Shown piece after piece: positions 9,703 to 19,639 of a DNA stretch of 64,000 nucleotides. Source of the DNA: Flavobacteriales bacterium (GTDB lineage Bacteria > Bacteroidota > Bacteroidia > Flavobacteriales_F > PHOS-HE28); assembly GCA_038234075.1 (NCBI GenBank), contig JBBSUV010000003.1, forward strand, positions 65,136-129,135, given 5' to 3'. The position numbers and the translations under genes are program-made. Position 1 is the stretch's first letter. The number at the start of each line of letters is the position of its first letter. The notes below the pieces were generated by a model that saw only the letters and a list, made by a program, of their open reading frames with translations, made no database searches and was not told the DNA's origin.

Positions 9703-9919
9703 GCAAGCCGCCATCGCCAAGCAGGTGTTCAACACTACGGACGAGCAGGTGCTGGACCAGGTGAAAGCCGTGCTTGAATCGCAGAGCGATACATGGTTCC
9801 AAAGCCTGCCCGCCAAAGTGCGCAAGGACATTGAGGCCAGCTTGGCCCAAGCGGATCAGGGAGAAACGGTGAGCCACAAGGAGGCCATGAAGCAGGTGCG
9901 GGCATCGCGAAAGAAGTAA
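9683..9919 (+). CDS. type II antitoxin (putative addiction-module component)
   Basis: The ORF is 78 aa and Lys/Glu-rich. It lies immediately upstream of a ParE/RelE-like toxin ORF. The start at MTKLDLK overlaps the uvrC stop. Confidence 0.5.
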   Translation: MTKLDLKQAAIAKQVFNTTDEQVLDQVKAVLESQSDTWFQSLPAKVRKDIEASLAQADQGETVSHKEAMKQVRASRKK

Positions 9920-9954
9920 GGTGGACGCCCAAGGCGATCGCCAACTACCTCGAT

Positions 9955-10221
9955 GTGCTGAAGTGGTTGCGTATTCACTGGACTGCCAAAGAGGAGCAGC
10001 GCTTCGTTGATGATGTGGAGAAGACGATCCGGTATATCCTGAAGTATCCGCAGGGCTTCCGTAGTGCTGGCCATGAGCGTTTGCGGGAGGCTCCGATCAA
10101 GCCATACAACCTGCTTCTTTATCGGATCGACGCGAAGGCCATTGTCATCATTGGCCTGTTCGATATGCGCAAGCACCCAAAGACGCTACGGGCGCTGAAA
10201 CGCGGTTGGTATAAAGAATAA
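9955..10221 (+). CDS. type II toxin, RelE/ParE family
   Basis: 88 aa; it resembles ParE-fold toxins (KPYNLLLYRIDAKAIVIIGLFDMRKHP). The frame is open upstream (..VRWTPKAIANYLD) without a canonical start, so the true start is uncertain. Confidence 0.55.
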   Translation: MLKWLRIHWTAKEEQRFVDDVEKTIRYILKYPQGFRSAGHERLREAPIKPYNLLLYRIDAKAIVIIGLFDMRKHPKTLRALKRGWYKE

Positions 10222-10262
10222 GCAGAGATCGGTGCGAAGAAGGCGGAGGTGGTGCTGAAGGG
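10221..10262. repeat. 42-bp direct repeat copy 2; the ancestral uvrC 3' end (..KGLTSVA*) follows it
   Basis: Perfect copy of 9606-9647; begins at the toxin stop codon. Confidence 0.9.
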
Positions 10263-10302
10263 ATTGACCTCAGTAGCGTGACCAAGCCACCACGCTTACC
10301 AT

Positions 10303-10680
10303 TCACGCAAGCTTCAGCCCCTTTATCCCCTTGAAGTGCTTCTGGTTCAAAGTGAGCAGCGAGCAATCGTGTGCCATGGAGGTGGCTGCGATGAGCTGAT
10401 CCGCAAAATGCACTCCCAGATCACGTGCCTCATGCGCCATAATGCCCCTGAAGTGCTGCGAAACCTCCATGGTGAACGGCAGAATGTGGAACTGCTTGTT
10501 CAATTCACGTTGGGTGGCATTGTACTCCGCCCTGTTGCGGACCCCGGCCAGCACCTCCGCCACCACGACATCGCAAAGCACCAGCTGTTGACCGGCCACT
10601 TTTTCCAAGGCCGCCATGGCCCGGGGCTCATTTCTGATACGACCTATCAGGATGTTGGTATCGATCAGGACCGCTTTCAT
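10303..10680 (-). CDS. vapC: PIN-domain toxin VapC
   Basis: 125 aa; MKAVLIDTNILI, conserved acidic residues, and the PIN fold consensus. Confidence 0.8.
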   Translation of the reverse strand: MKAVLIDTNILIGRIRNEPRAMAALEKVAGQQLVLCDVVVAEVLAGVRNRAEYNATQRELNKQFHILPFTMEVSQHFRGIMAHEARDLGVHFADQLIAATSMAHDCSLLTLNQKHFKGIKGLKLA

Positions 10681-10883
10681 GCGCGCTCACGCAATTCCTT
10701 CGCAGTAACGGGATTGTCCTTCCAGATCTCACTCAGCTTGGCGAATGGATCTTTCTCCTTTGCTGCCTCCCGCTCGATCAGTTCCACCACCAGCGCACTG
10801 ATGCTCTTGCCACGACGGCGGCTGAGCTTCCGGGCGGTAAGCTTGAACTTAACGGGAACGGACAGGGTGAGCTTTGTCGTCAT
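10677..10883 (-). CDS. VapB-type antitoxin
   Basis: About 68 aa from MTTKLTLSVPVKFKL. A 4-bp overlap with vapC gives the classic TA architecture. Confidence 0.6.
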   Translation of the reverse strand: MTTKLTLSVPVKFKLTARKLSRRRGKSISALVVELIEREAAKEKDPFAKLSEIWKDNPVTAKELRERA

Positions 10884-10960
10884 CGGAGTTACGTACGTGA
10901 TGACGAAGATACGTAACATGGTTCGCAGGTGTTACTTTGATCGCTGTATCGGACGTTAGC

Positions 10961-11959
10961 ATGCCAAAGGTCTCCGTCATCCTCCCCATCCACAACACGG
11001 CCTCCATGCTCGATGCCGCCGTCGCTAGCATTGCCGCACAGAGTTTCACGGACTTCGATCTGCTATTGATCGACAACGCATCCACGGACGAAAGCAACAC
11101 GATCGCCAAGCGTTGGGCTGAGAAGGATGATCGCATTCACTTGATCGAAGAACCGATCCTCGGCATCGCGCATGCGCTCAACACAGGACTCCTGCATGCT
11201 CAAGGCCGTTACATGGCCCGTATGGATGCCGACGATATCAGCCATCCGGAACGCTTTGCGAAGCAGGTCGCATACTTGGATGAACATCCGGAGATCGGCG
11301 TGTTGGGAACGCAAACAACGTTCAGCACAACCGTGGAAAAGAGCAGTGGCATGCGCTGGTTCACGCAGTGGCAGAATGCCATCCTATCGCCACATGACCA
11401 CTACGTGAAACGCTTCGTGGATGCGCCACTCGCACACCCTACCGTAATGTTCCGCCGCGAGCTGGTTGTACACCATGGGGGCTACAACATCAGTCCACTG
11501 CCTGAGGATCACGAGCTCTGGCTGCGCTGGATGGACGCTGGGGTGCGCTTTGCGAAACTGCCCGAGGAACTGCTCACTTGGAACGACCATGCGCAACGGC
11601 TGAGTCGCACGCATGATAATTACAGCGTGCATGCGTTTTTCACCACCAAGGCAAAGTGGCTCGCCAAATGGATGAAGCGGGAGTTGGATGGTCGTCCCAT
11701 CATCATCGCTGGCACCAGCGCTATGTGCCGCGATCGTGCACGAATGTTGGAGGCGGAAGGGATCAACGTTCACGCCTTCACAGATGTGAAGCCGCGCGTT
11801 GTTCCCAGTTATGCGTTCATACCGCACGGCGAGCTTCCGCCTTCGGGCGAAGCCTTTATCATCTCCTTCATTTCGCAGCGCGGCACCGGTGTTCGCATTG
11901 CGGAATTCCTTGTTTCGCGGGGACTTGTGGAAGGTGAGGATTTCGTTTTAGCGGCATAG
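10961..11959 (+). CDS. family 2 glycosyltransferase
   Basis: KVSVILPIHN, the DxD motif (MDADD) and the GT-A fold pattern are present. The start is placed at internal MPKVSV. Confidence 0.8.
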   Translation: MPKVSVILPIHNTASMLDAAVASIAAQSFTDFDLLLIDNASTDESNTIAKRWAEKDDRIHLIEEPILGIAHALNTGLLHAQGRYMARMDADDISHPERFAKQVAYLDEHPEIGVLGTQTTFSTTVEKSSGMRWFTQWQNAILSPHDHYVKRFVDAPLAHPTVMFRRELVVHHGGYNISPLPEDHELWLRWMDAGVRFAKLPEELLTWNDHAQRLSRTHDNYSVHAFFTTKAKWLAKWMKRELDGRPIIIAGTSAMCRDRARMLEAEGINVHAFTDVKPRVVPSYAFIPHGELPPSGEAFIISFISQRGTGVRIAEFLVSRGLVEGEDFVLAA

Positions 11960-11977
11960 GGTCGTTGACTGGTTAAC

Positions 11978-13390
11978 TTGGCACTATCCATGGAATCCTC
12001 CACAGCCCCATCCTCGTTCAGGACCAATGAACTGGTCGCCCTCCGCACCCATTTCGAAAGCGCTGCCACACGGCCATACCAAGCCCGCCGCGATGCCTTG
12101 AAGGCACTGAGGCGCGCGATGAAAAAGCACGAAGAGGAATTGGTGGAGGCCATGCACGCCGACATGCGTAAGCCACGCTTCGAAGCCTACATGGCGGACA
12201 TCGGTCTGGTGTATTCCGAGATCAGCGATGCACTGGATAACCTGAGTGAATGGATGCAACGCATGGATGTGTCCACACCGATCAGCCTGTGGCCCGCGAG
12301 CAGTGCGGTCCATCCGGAGCCGTTGGGCGTGGTGCTGATCGTCTCTCCGTGGAATTATCCCGTGGTGCTTGCGCTTTCACCGCTGGTGGGTGCCATCGCG
12401 GCCGGGAACTGCGCAGTGTTGAAGCCCAGTAATGAAGCGCCAAGGACCTCTGAAGTTTTAGAGCGGATCACTACCGAAGCCTTCCGCAAAGATCATGTGC
12501 TCGTTGTTCAGGGATCCGGTAGCGCCGTGGTGCCGCCGTTGATCGATGCCTTCCATTTCGATCACATCTTCTTCACCGGAAGCACCAGCGTGGGTCGGAA
12601 GATCCTGGCGCAGGCCGCACCGCAGCTCGTGCCCGTCACCTTGGAGCTCGGCGGAAAAAGCCCGGCGATCGTGGACCGGAAAGCGAACATCGACCAAGCG
12701 GCGAAGCGCATCGCATGGAGCAAATTCTTCAATGCAGGTCAGACGTGCATCGCCACCGATCATGCCTTGGTCCATGCCTCCGCGATGGAGCCCTTCCTCG
12801 CTTCCTTCGCGAAGCACACCGACTACTTCTACGGCAAGGAGCCGCGCCAAAGCCCGCATTTCGCACGGCTGGTGAATGACAAGAACTTCGAACGAGTGAG
12901 AGGGTACCTCGGCGATGGCCGCATCCTGATCGGCGGGGAGTATGATGTGAGTGAACGATACATCGCACCCACCGTGCTGACGGAAGTTCCTCTTGAAAGC
13001 TCGGTGATGAAGGAGGAGATCTTCGGCCCGATACTACCGGTGATCCCGTGGAACGAACCGGAGGAGGTGCTCGCGATCGTGCGCCGGAACCCCACGCCGT
13101 TGGCGCTCTATGTCTTCAGCAAAAGCCGTTCGGCACAGCGCTATTTCACGGAACGCATCGCCTTTGGCGGCGGGTGCATCAACCATTGCCTGCTGCACTT
13201 CGGCAACCCGGAACTTCCTTTCGGGGGCGTGGGCACCAGCGGCATGGGTCGCTACCACGGCAAGCAAAGCTTCGATCTCTTCAGCCACTACAAGGGCATC
13301 GTACGTGCTGGATCCTTACCTGAGCCAGGCATCCAGTATCCACCCTACTCCAGTTGGAAAGAGCGCGTTCTGCGCTGGGCGCTGAAGTGA
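11978..13390 (+). CDS. NAD(P)-dependent aldehyde dehydrogenase (ALDH3-like)
   Basis: 470 aa with ELGGKSP, a catalytic Cys in FNAGQTCIA, and a Glu motif. Confidence 0.85.
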   Translation: MALSMESSTAPSSFRTNELVALRTHFESAATRPYQARRDALKALRRAMKKHEEELVEAMHADMRKPRFEAYMADIGLVYSEISDALDNLSEWMQRMDVSTPISLWPASSAVHPEPLGVVLIVSPWNYPVVLALSPLVGAIAAGNCAVLKPSNEAPRTSEVLERITTEAFRKDHVLVVQGSGSAVVPPLIDAFHFDHIFFTGSTSVGRKILAQAAPQLVPVTLELGGKSPAIVDRKANIDQAAKRIAWSKFFNAGQTCIATDHALVHASAMEPFLASFAKHTDYFYGKEPRQSPHFARLVNDKNFERVRGYLGDGRILIGGEYDVSERYIAPTVLTEVPLESSVMKEEIFGPILPVIPWNEPEEVLAIVRRNPTPLALYVFSKSRSAQRYFTERIAFGGGCINHCLLHFGNPELPFGGVGTSGMGRYHGKQSFDLFSHYKGIVRAGSLPEPGIQYPPYSSWKERVLRWALK

Positions 13391-13394
13391 TCGA

Positions 13395-13631
13395 TCACGG
13401 CTCCACCAACCGCTCCGCGCGTTTCGGCAACAGGCGGTCGCGCACCAGTAGCATGTGCTTCTCGTCGCACTCCAACGAGGCCACGCAGCGGCCCTGCTCC
13501 ATGGTGGTGAAGGTGCGTGGACCCGCAATACCGTTGGTCTGGCAGAATTCTTCCACGTGATGGCAGAAGTGCTCGGCCGTGGGCTTGGCATCCGGTCCGA
13601 GGAAATCCCAATGGAAACGAAGAGTAGGCAT
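13395..13631 (-). CDS. conserved small hypothetical protein (two-Cys motif)
   Basis: 78 aa: MPTLRFHWDFLGPDAKPTAEHFCHHVEEF...CVASLEC. It is compact and divergent from the ALDH gene. Function unknown. Confidence 0.4.
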   Translation of the reverse strand: MPTLRFHWDFLGPDAKPTAEHFCHHVEEFCQTNGIAGPRTFTTMEQGRCVASLECDEKHMLLVRDRLLPKRAERLVEP

Positions 13632-13829
13632 GATATTTCAGATATGCGGCGCAAAGATCTGCATTCAGGCTGACCGGGGCGGATCCAAATAGCCTGCATT
13701 TCATTGCGTCGGTTGCGAGCTTGGCTGCCGAAGGCATGCCGTTGCGGTCCAACTCTTGGCATTCCCTTTGCGCTCTTTGAGTCCTTTGCGGTTAAGATCC
13801 ACCACACTTACCTGTGGTAAATTTGCACC

Positions 13830-15302
13830 ATGTCGAAAAGAACAGCATCACCCGGAAAAGGAAAGGCGGTCAGCCCCTTGTTCCGATCGGCCAACTACAT
13901 CAACGGCGTTTGGAAAAAGACCGGTGATGGCACGTTCAACACCGTGCTGGACAAATACCACGGCACTATGCTGGCCAAACTTCCGCAGGCCACAGCGGAC
14001 CAGATGGAAGAGGCCATCGCCGCCGCCCATGCCAGCAGAGGTACGTTGCACGCGCTGAGCGCTGGCGAGCGCAGTCAAAAGCTGGAGGCATTGGCAAAAC
14101 TGATCGAACAGCGCGCGGATGATCTCGCGATGTTGATCGTGCAGGAGGGCGGAAAACCCATTGGCTATGCCAAAGGCGAGATCGCTCGCTGCATCACCAC
14201 TGTGCGCACCGCAGCGGCCGAGGCGGTCCGCTTCACCGGCGAAATGACACCGATCGACTTCGGAGCCGGTGCAGGGAAAACAGCTTTCACCAAGCGCTTC
14301 CCCATTGGCGTCATCGGCGCGATCACTCCTTTCAACTTCCCGCTGAACCTGGTGCTGCACAAAGTGGCCCCGGCGATGGCCGTCGGCTGCCCCGTCGTAC
14401 TGAAGCCTGCCCATCAGGCGCCCTTGAGCGCACTGGCCCTTGCCGGAATGATGGAAGAGATCGGCTGGCCAAAAGGCGCGTTCAGCGTGTTGACCTGTCA
14501 AACACCCGTTGCCGAGCTGATCGTGAAGGACGATCGCGTGGCCATGCTCAGCTTTACCGGCAGCGACAAGGTCGGCTGGCACCTGAAGGCGTTGTCCGGA
14601 AAGAAGAAGGTGGCATTGGAACTCGGCGGTAACGCTGCCGTGATCATCGACAAGGGTACCGACCTGGCAGCGGCAGCCAAAAGCGTCGCCATGGGTGCCA
14701 ACCTCTACGCCGGGCAAACGTGCATCAGCACCCAGCGCATCTTCGTGGTGAAGGCCGAGTTCGAAAAATTCAAGGTCCTGTTGGTGAAGGAATACAAGGC
14801 GCTGAAAGCCGGAGACCCGGCCGATCCGGCTATTTCTGTCGGGCCGATCATCGACTCGGGGCACTTCGAGCGCATCAGTTCCTGGGTGAAGGAAGCGACG
14901 AAAAGCGGAGCGGAGCTTTTAGCGGGTGGCAAGGCCGTGGATGCCAAGCGCAACGTCTACGCAGCGACACTGCTCACCAAGACCAAGCATTCCATGAAGG
15001 TGGACTGCGCAGAGGTCTTCGGTCCCATCGCCATTGTGGAAGCCGTGAAGGACTTTGCCCAAGGCATCGCACGGGTGAACGACAGCAACTACGGCCTGCA
15101 GGCAGGTGTGTACACCAACAACTTCGAACACGTGAAACAAGCGCACGAAGAGCTGGAGGTAGGCGGGGTGATCATCAACGGTATCCCCGGCTTCCGCATC
15201 GACAGCATGCCATACGGTGGCATCAAGGACAGCGGCCTGGGGCGCGAAGGCCTGAAGTACGCGATGGAAGAGATGAGCGAGCCGCGGTTGATCGTTTACT
15301 GA
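13830..15302 (+). CDS. aldehyde dehydrogenase family protein
   Basis: 490 aa with LELGGNAA, a catalytic Cys in YAGQTCIS, and PFNFPL. Confidence 0.85.
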   Translation: MSKRTASPGKGKAVSPLFRSANYINGVWKKTGDGTFNTVLDKYHGTMLAKLPQATADQMEEAIAAAHASRGTLHALSAGERSQKLEALAKLIEQRADDLAMLIVQEGGKPIGYAKGEIARCITTVRTAAAEAVRFTGEMTPIDFGAGAGKTAFTKRFPIGVIGAITPFNFPLNLVLHKVAPAMAVGCPVVLKPAHQAPLSALALAGMMEEIGWPKGAFSVLTCQTPVAELIVKDDRVAMLSFTGSDKVGWHLKALSGKKKVALELGGNAAVIIDKGTDLAAAAKSVAMGANLYAGQTCISTQRIFVVKAEFEKFKVLLVKEYKALKAGDPADPAISVGPIIDSGHFERISSWVKEATKSGAELLAGGKAVDAKRNVYAATLLTKTKHSMKVDCAEVFGPIAIVEAVKDFAQGIARVNDSNYGLQAGVYTNNFEHVKQAHEELEVGGVIINGIPGFRIDSMPYGGIKDSGLGREGLKYAMEEMSEPRLIVY

Positions 15303-15310
15303 AGTTCCTA

Positions 15311-15438
15311 CCGCAACGACGCTACGACGCAACGAATGCGCAACGCCTGAAACATAGTTGCGCAAAGGCCGCGTTCTCTCGGTTCGGTCTTTCCCTGCAT
15401 TTCGTGGCGTTACCGTTGCGTCGCCGCGTCGTTGCGGT
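15311..15438. terminator. nested palindromic element (3 direct GCAACG plus 3 inverted CGTTGC) between convergent genes; probable bidirectional terminator
   Basis: ACCGCAACGACGCTACGACGCAACG at 15311-15335 is the near-perfect reverse complement of CGTTGCGTCGCCGCGTCGTTGCGGT at 15414-15438. An inner hairpin, TGCGCAACG..GTTGCGCAA, lies between them. Confidence 0.45.
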
Positions 15439-16452
15439 TCAATCCTTCTTCTCCAGCGCATTCACCCGTTCCACCAGCTTATCCAAGTTCCGGAAGTGGA
15501 TGTAGTTCTTGCGGTACTTGCTAGCCTCCCATGCCGGTGAGCCCATGTAGCTCTCGCCCGGCTTGGTGTCCTTGCTGATGCCGCTCTGGGCCGCGATGAT
15601 GGTGCCGTCGGCTATCTTCAGGTGCCCTATGATGCCCACCTGACCGCTGAACATGCAGTTCTTGCCGATCTTGGTGCTGCCCGCCACCACGCCGCCCGCC
15701 GCGTAGTAAGTATTCTCGCCCACCTCCACGTTGTGCGCGATGTGGATCAGGTTGTCGAATTTGACGCCTTTCCGCAGGATGGTGGAACCCAGTGTGGCGC
15801 GGTCGATCGCGCAGTTGGCGCCGATCTCCACATCATCCTCGATCACCACGTTGCCGATCTGTGGGACTTTCTTGCCTCCGCCGGGGCCGACGGCGAATCG
15901 GAACCCATCGCTGCCGATCACCGTGCCGCTGTGGATGATGCAGTCCTTGCCCACCACGCAGTCCGAATAGATCTTCACTCCGGCATAGATGGTGGTGTTG
16001 TCACCAATGGAAACGTTGTCCCCGATGTAGGCTTGCGGGTAGATCTTCACGTTGTTGCCGATCCGTGCATTCTCACCGATGAAGGCCAGCGGACCGATGT
16101 AGCAATCCGTTCCGTGGATCGCACCTTCGGAGATCACCGCCTGTGGAGAAACTCCTTTCTTGTTCCGCTTGATCTGGTCGTACATCTCCAGGACCTTCGC
16201 GAAGGCGCCTTGCGCATCCGCCACCCTTACGAGCGTGGTCTTCACCGGTGCGGTCAACGGAAAATCGTTGCCGATGATCACCACCGAAGCCGTGGTACCA
16301 TAGATGTAGTGCGTGTAGGCCGGGTTGGCAAGAAAGGAGAGCGAACCCGAGCCGCCCTCTTCGATCTTTGAAAGGCGCGAAACGGTGGCTTGCGAGTCCC
16401 CTTCAACCGTTCCTTGAAGGAGTTCAGCGATCTGGGCGGCAGTGAATTGCAT
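15439..16452 (-). CDS. lpxD: UDP-3-O-(3-hydroxyacyl)glucosamine N-acyltransferase
   Basis: Left-handed beta-helix hexapeptide repeats and an LpxD N-terminal domain ([19 protein letters not shown]). The start is at internal ATG 16452; the upstream extension has non-protein-like composition. Confidence 0.85.
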   Translation of the reverse strand: MQFTAAQIAELLQGTVEGDSQATVSRLSKIEEGGSGSLSFLANPAYTHYIYGTTASVVIIGNDFPLTAPVKTTLVRVADAQGAFAKVLEMYDQIKRNKKGVSPQAVISEGAIHGTDCYIGPLAFIGENARIGNNVKIYPQAYIGDNVSIGDNTTIYAGVKIYSDCVVGKDCIIHSGTVIGSDGFRFAVGPGGGKKVPQIGNVVIEDDVEIGANCAIDRATLGSTILRKGVKFDNLIHIAHNVEVGENTYYAAGGVVAGSTKIGKNCMFSGQVGIIGHLKIADGTIIAAQSGISKDTKPGESYMGSPAWEASKYRKNYIHFRNLDKLVERVNALEKKD

Positions 16453-16544
16453 GGTGATGGAATGTGGCAACCAAGGTAGGTTCGTTAAACCGTCCGCATC
16501 TTTTTCGCGACCCCGGCGCGGGATACGGGGCGACAACAAATAGC

Positions 16545-16595
16545 GGAGAGGCCACTTGAAAACCGCGCCCAGCGCGATTTTCAAGTGGCCTCTCC
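16545..16595 (-). terminator. rho-independent-type hairpin downstream of the PGI/PMI gene
   Basis: The stem is GGAGAGGCCACTTGAAAA and TTTTCAAGTGGCCTCTCC, with a 14-nt GC loop. A T-rich tail (TATTTGTTG) follows on the minus strand. Confidence 0.5.
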
Positions 16596-16654
16596 AAGAG
16601 CGGATGTCATTCCGGGCCTCGACCCGGGATCGCGACAATGACTGCGAAGAGGAA

Positions 16655-17641
16655 CTACTTCACCTCCGCCAACTTCCCTTTCAGCATGTTGATCACCCCG
16701 ATCTCCGTGGCGTCCACACCCTTTTTCTCCGCGAGATACCAGCTGGCCCAATCGCCGAGGTGGATGAGATACAACTGACGTTCGAGCCGGTCATCGCCCT
16801 TGCTCCAAACCTCGAAGACGTTCGGCGTGTACTTGGCAATGACCTCCTTGTTGATCTCCATCCGCATTTGGCTGCGCTCATGGTCGTCCGCATGGCGGAA
16901 AATGATCACGGCCAAGCTCTTGTCACCACCGGCCCAGCCCACCAGTTCGTTGTGGTTCATTTCCGGGATGGCGTGGTGCCAGCACAGTTCCTTGCTGTTC
17001 TCGTTCAGCTGCTGTCGGAATCGGATGCTCACCGCCTCCGTGGCGGCTTCACTGTAGATGACGACACGCTTTCCGTAGATCTTCCCGGCGAGCTCTTTGG
17101 CCTCGGTCTTGATCGCCTCTTGCCCGGACTTCAGCTTTTCGGCTGCACGGGCCATAGAGGTCTCAAAGTCACTCTTGATGATCCCGAAATGCTTCAGTAT
17201 GAAGAACTGCTGGGTGAGCGAATAGGCCAACATGGTACGTGGCGGATTGCCACCGGGGATCACGATGTGGTCCAAACCTTTCGCCTTGGCTGTCTCCAGC
17301 ATGCTGCCGCCACTTGTGATGCAGACCACACGTGCTCCGTTGTCCATGGCCTGATGCATGGCGGCCAAGGTCTCCTCAGTATTGCCGCTGTAACTGCATG
17401 CGATCACCAAGCTGCCTTTCCCCACATAGGCGGGCAGGTAGTAATTGCTGTACACCTCTATAGGGCAGGTGGCCTCACCCGCCACGACCTGTGCTGCGAT
17501 CCGGCCTCCGATGCCACTTCCGCCGAGGCCCGTGACGACCACATTGGTGTAAGGCCCATTGGGAGCGCCAAGTTTGGCGTTGCGGCCGATCTTAAGCGCT
17601 TCTTGAAGGTGGTCGGGGAAATCACGGATGAGGTCGTACAT
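16655..17641 (-). CDS. bifunctional phosphoglucose/phosphomannose isomerase (SIS domain)
   Basis: 328 aa. Its SIS-domain motifs, [13 protein letters not shown] and [10 protein letters not shown], match the archaeal/bacterial PGI/PMI family. Confidence 0.75.
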   Translation of the reverse strand: MYDLIRDFPDHLQEALKIGRNAKLGAPNGPYTNVVVTGLGGSGIGGRIAAQVVAGEATCPIEVYSNYYLPAYVGKGSLVIACSYSGNTEETLAAMHQAMDNGARVVCITSGGSMLETAKAKGLDHIVIPGGNPPRTMLAYSLTQQFFILKHFGIIKSDFETSMARAAEKLKSGQEAIKTEAKELAGKIYGKRVVIYSEAATEAVSIRFRQQLNENSKELCWHHAIPEMNHNELVGWAGGDKSLAVIIFRHADDHERSQMRMEINKEVIAKYTPNVFEVWSKGDDRLERQLYLIHLGDWASWYLAEKKGVDATEIGVINMLKGKLAEVK

Positions 17642-17746
17642 GATGCTGGCGTCGGAAAATGTGTCTGGTCCGGTGTAAAAATAGGCTGCTCATACGCGCA
17701 ACAGCGGCACAGGTTGTGGAGGCGTCCCCGTTTTGCGCTGGAAAGC

Positions 17747-17793
17747 CATAAGCTCCAAGCCTTAAGCTTGAAGCTTATGGCTTGGAGCTTATG
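17747..17793 (-). terminator. complex hairpin between the TPR gene 3' end and the PGI 5' region
   Basis: CATAAGCTCCAAGC .. GCTTGGAGCTTATG are inverted arms. The loop carries two AAGCTT palindromes. Confidence 0.35.
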
Positions 17794-17827
17794 CGAATAA
17801 CCCAAGCAAGGTGCATTCTATCCGTGC

Positions 17828-19627
17828 TCACTTCGGCACTTCCGTCAGCTCACATTCGGAAGGTTCGATGCTCTTGAGCTCCTTCATCTTCAGGAAGGTG
17901 TCGTTCACCTGCTGGGTGATGCTGGTGCCCGCAGCCAATGCACTCACTTTCTCGAACCAGCACTTGGCCTTCGCACGGTCCATTTCGGTCGTGCTGTACA
18001 GGTAGTAGAGGCCCATGTAGTTGTATGCCTCCTCCAAGTCGGCTTTATGGCTCTCCTGCTCCTCCGGCTTCATCTTGCGGATCACCTCTTCGTAAAAGGG
18101 CTTGGCGCTCCACGATTTCACCTCGGCTGTGTCCATGCCAGCCTGTGCCCGTGCCCGGTAGAGATAGCCTTGGTAGATGTTCGGCTGCTTGGCGATGTAC
18201 TCCGCCCAAGCGCTGTCCGCGGTCTGGTACAATTTGGCGCGGTTCGCCATGGCACCGAGGTAATACCAATCGTTCACTTCAGGTTTACCCCCTTTGTTCC
18301 GCTCGCGCATGGCGGAAACGGCTTTCCCGTAGGCTTTGGCATCCGTGAAGGCCTTGGCTGCTTCCAGGAAGAGATAATCCTTGGCATTGTCCATACGCGC
18401 TGCCTTCAGGTACATCTCGGCGGCAAGGGAGTCGTACGGCGTTAGCGTGAAGCTCACCTCCGAGGAACCATCCGCGTTCTTCTTTGTGCCGGCGTACTTA
18501 GCAACATTCCCGTTCACCTGGGCGGTGCCGTTGGAGTCAATGGTGACAGGCGGGTTCTTCACGAGGTCCTTCGCCAAGCCTTGGTAGATCTTCCCTTGGT
18601 ACTCATAGTCCAAACTGATCACCTTGTCGGCGGGTTGCTGGGCGAAGTATTCCTTCATGGTGGAGTCCGCAGCGGCGAAATCGCCCTTTTCGGTAAGGTC
18701 GAACGCCTTGAGACGCTTCAATACTATGTTCTTCACACCTTCATTCTCAAGCGCTTGGATCTCGCTCAAGCTCTGGTCATACTTCTTCACGAGGAAAAGG
18801 AACTGTGCATTCCGCACGCGCGCACTGGTGCTGCCGCTGTTCAGTTGCAGATACTTCTGCATGTCGGCATTGGCCTTGTCGAAGTCGCGGGCCATGAAGT
18901 AGGCTTCCGCACGCCCACTGTATGCCGGGGCGAAACCTGGATCCAGGGTGATGGCATTGGTGTACTCGTCGATGGAGCTGGGGAAGTTCTTCGCCCGGTA
19001 ATACATGAAGGCCTTGCGCGCGACAGGCTTCGCATTCAGGGGGTCCAGCTGCATGGCCATTTTGTAGTTCTCCAGCGGGGCCGAGCCATCGCGTGGGTTC
19101 CTCTCGAAAAGGGCATCGCCCTTCAGGATGTAAACCTCCGGGTCCTTCGGATAAAGATCGATCGACTTTTGGATCAGAGCAAGCGCCGCCGTGTAGTCAG
19201 GCGACTGACCGGCCAGCAGACCCTCGGCTACTTCCCGGTAGGTGGCTGCGGTCTGAGCTTTACTGTACTTGTTGGTCTTGAGCTCCGCGATCTCCGTGGC
19301 TTTTGCGAACTGCGCCTGCGCCTCGTTGGCCTTGCCTTGGCCTTGCAGCACCTTGCCCAATCCGGCATAGTTCAGCGCAAAGCTCGGGTTCACCTCAACG
19401 CCTTTCCGGTACGCCGCCTCCGCGCTATCCGACCGGTCCTCGGCATAGTAATTCTCGCCCAAATAGAACCACGCCTCTCCGCTGTTCGGAGAACTCTGCA
19501 CGATATGCTTGAACGCTGCCGTGGCCTTCTCGAACTGCTCATTATCGGTCAGCTTGATGGCCTCCGGTAATTGTGCGAATGTGCTGAATGCGATACAGAT
19601 GGACCCAAGGGTCAGGAAGGTCTTCAT
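17828..19627 (-). CDS. tetratricopeptide-repeat protein, secreted (signal peptide)
   Basis: 599 aa with the N-terminal signal MKTFLTLGSICIAFSTFAQ and multiple TPR-like helical repeats (AWFYLGENYY, AYSGRAEAYF and others). Confidence 0.7.
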   Translation of the reverse strand: MKTFLTLGSICIAFSTFAQLPEAIKLTDNEQFEKATAAFKHIVQSSPNSGEAWFYLGENYYAEDRSDSAEAAYRKGVEVNPSFALNYAGLGKVLQGQGKANEAQAQFAKATEIAELKTNKYSKAQTAATYREVAEGLLAGQSPDYTAALALIQKSIDLYPKDPEVYILKGDALFERNPRDGSAPLENYKMAMQLDPLNAKPVARKAFMYYRAKNFPSSIDEYTNAITLDPGFAPAYSGRAEAYFMARDFDKANADMQKYLQLNSGSTSARVRNAQFLFLVKKYDQSLSEIQALENEGVKNIVLKRLKAFDLTEKGDFAAADSTMKEYFAQQPADKVISLDYEYQGKIYQGLAKDLVKNPPVTIDSNGTAQVNGNVAKYAGTKKNADGSSEVSFTLTPYDSLAAEMYLKAARMDNAKDYLFLEAAKAFTDAKAYGKAVSAMRERNKGGKPEVNDWYYLGAMANRAKLYQTADSAWAEYIAKQPNIYQGYLYRARAQAGMDTAEVKSWSAKPFYEEVIRKMKPEEQESHKADLEEAYNYMGLYYLYSTTEMDRAKAKCWFEKVSALAAGTSITQQVNDTFLKMKELKSIEPSECELTEVPK

Positions 19628-19639
19628 TCCAAGTTTGAT

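Noticed and set aside
15439-16638. Extended 399-aa lpxD ORF with 62 extra N-terminal residues
   Set aside because: The extension is Arg-rich and non-conserved. The canonical LpxD N-terminus begins at the internal Met ([12 protein letters not shown]).
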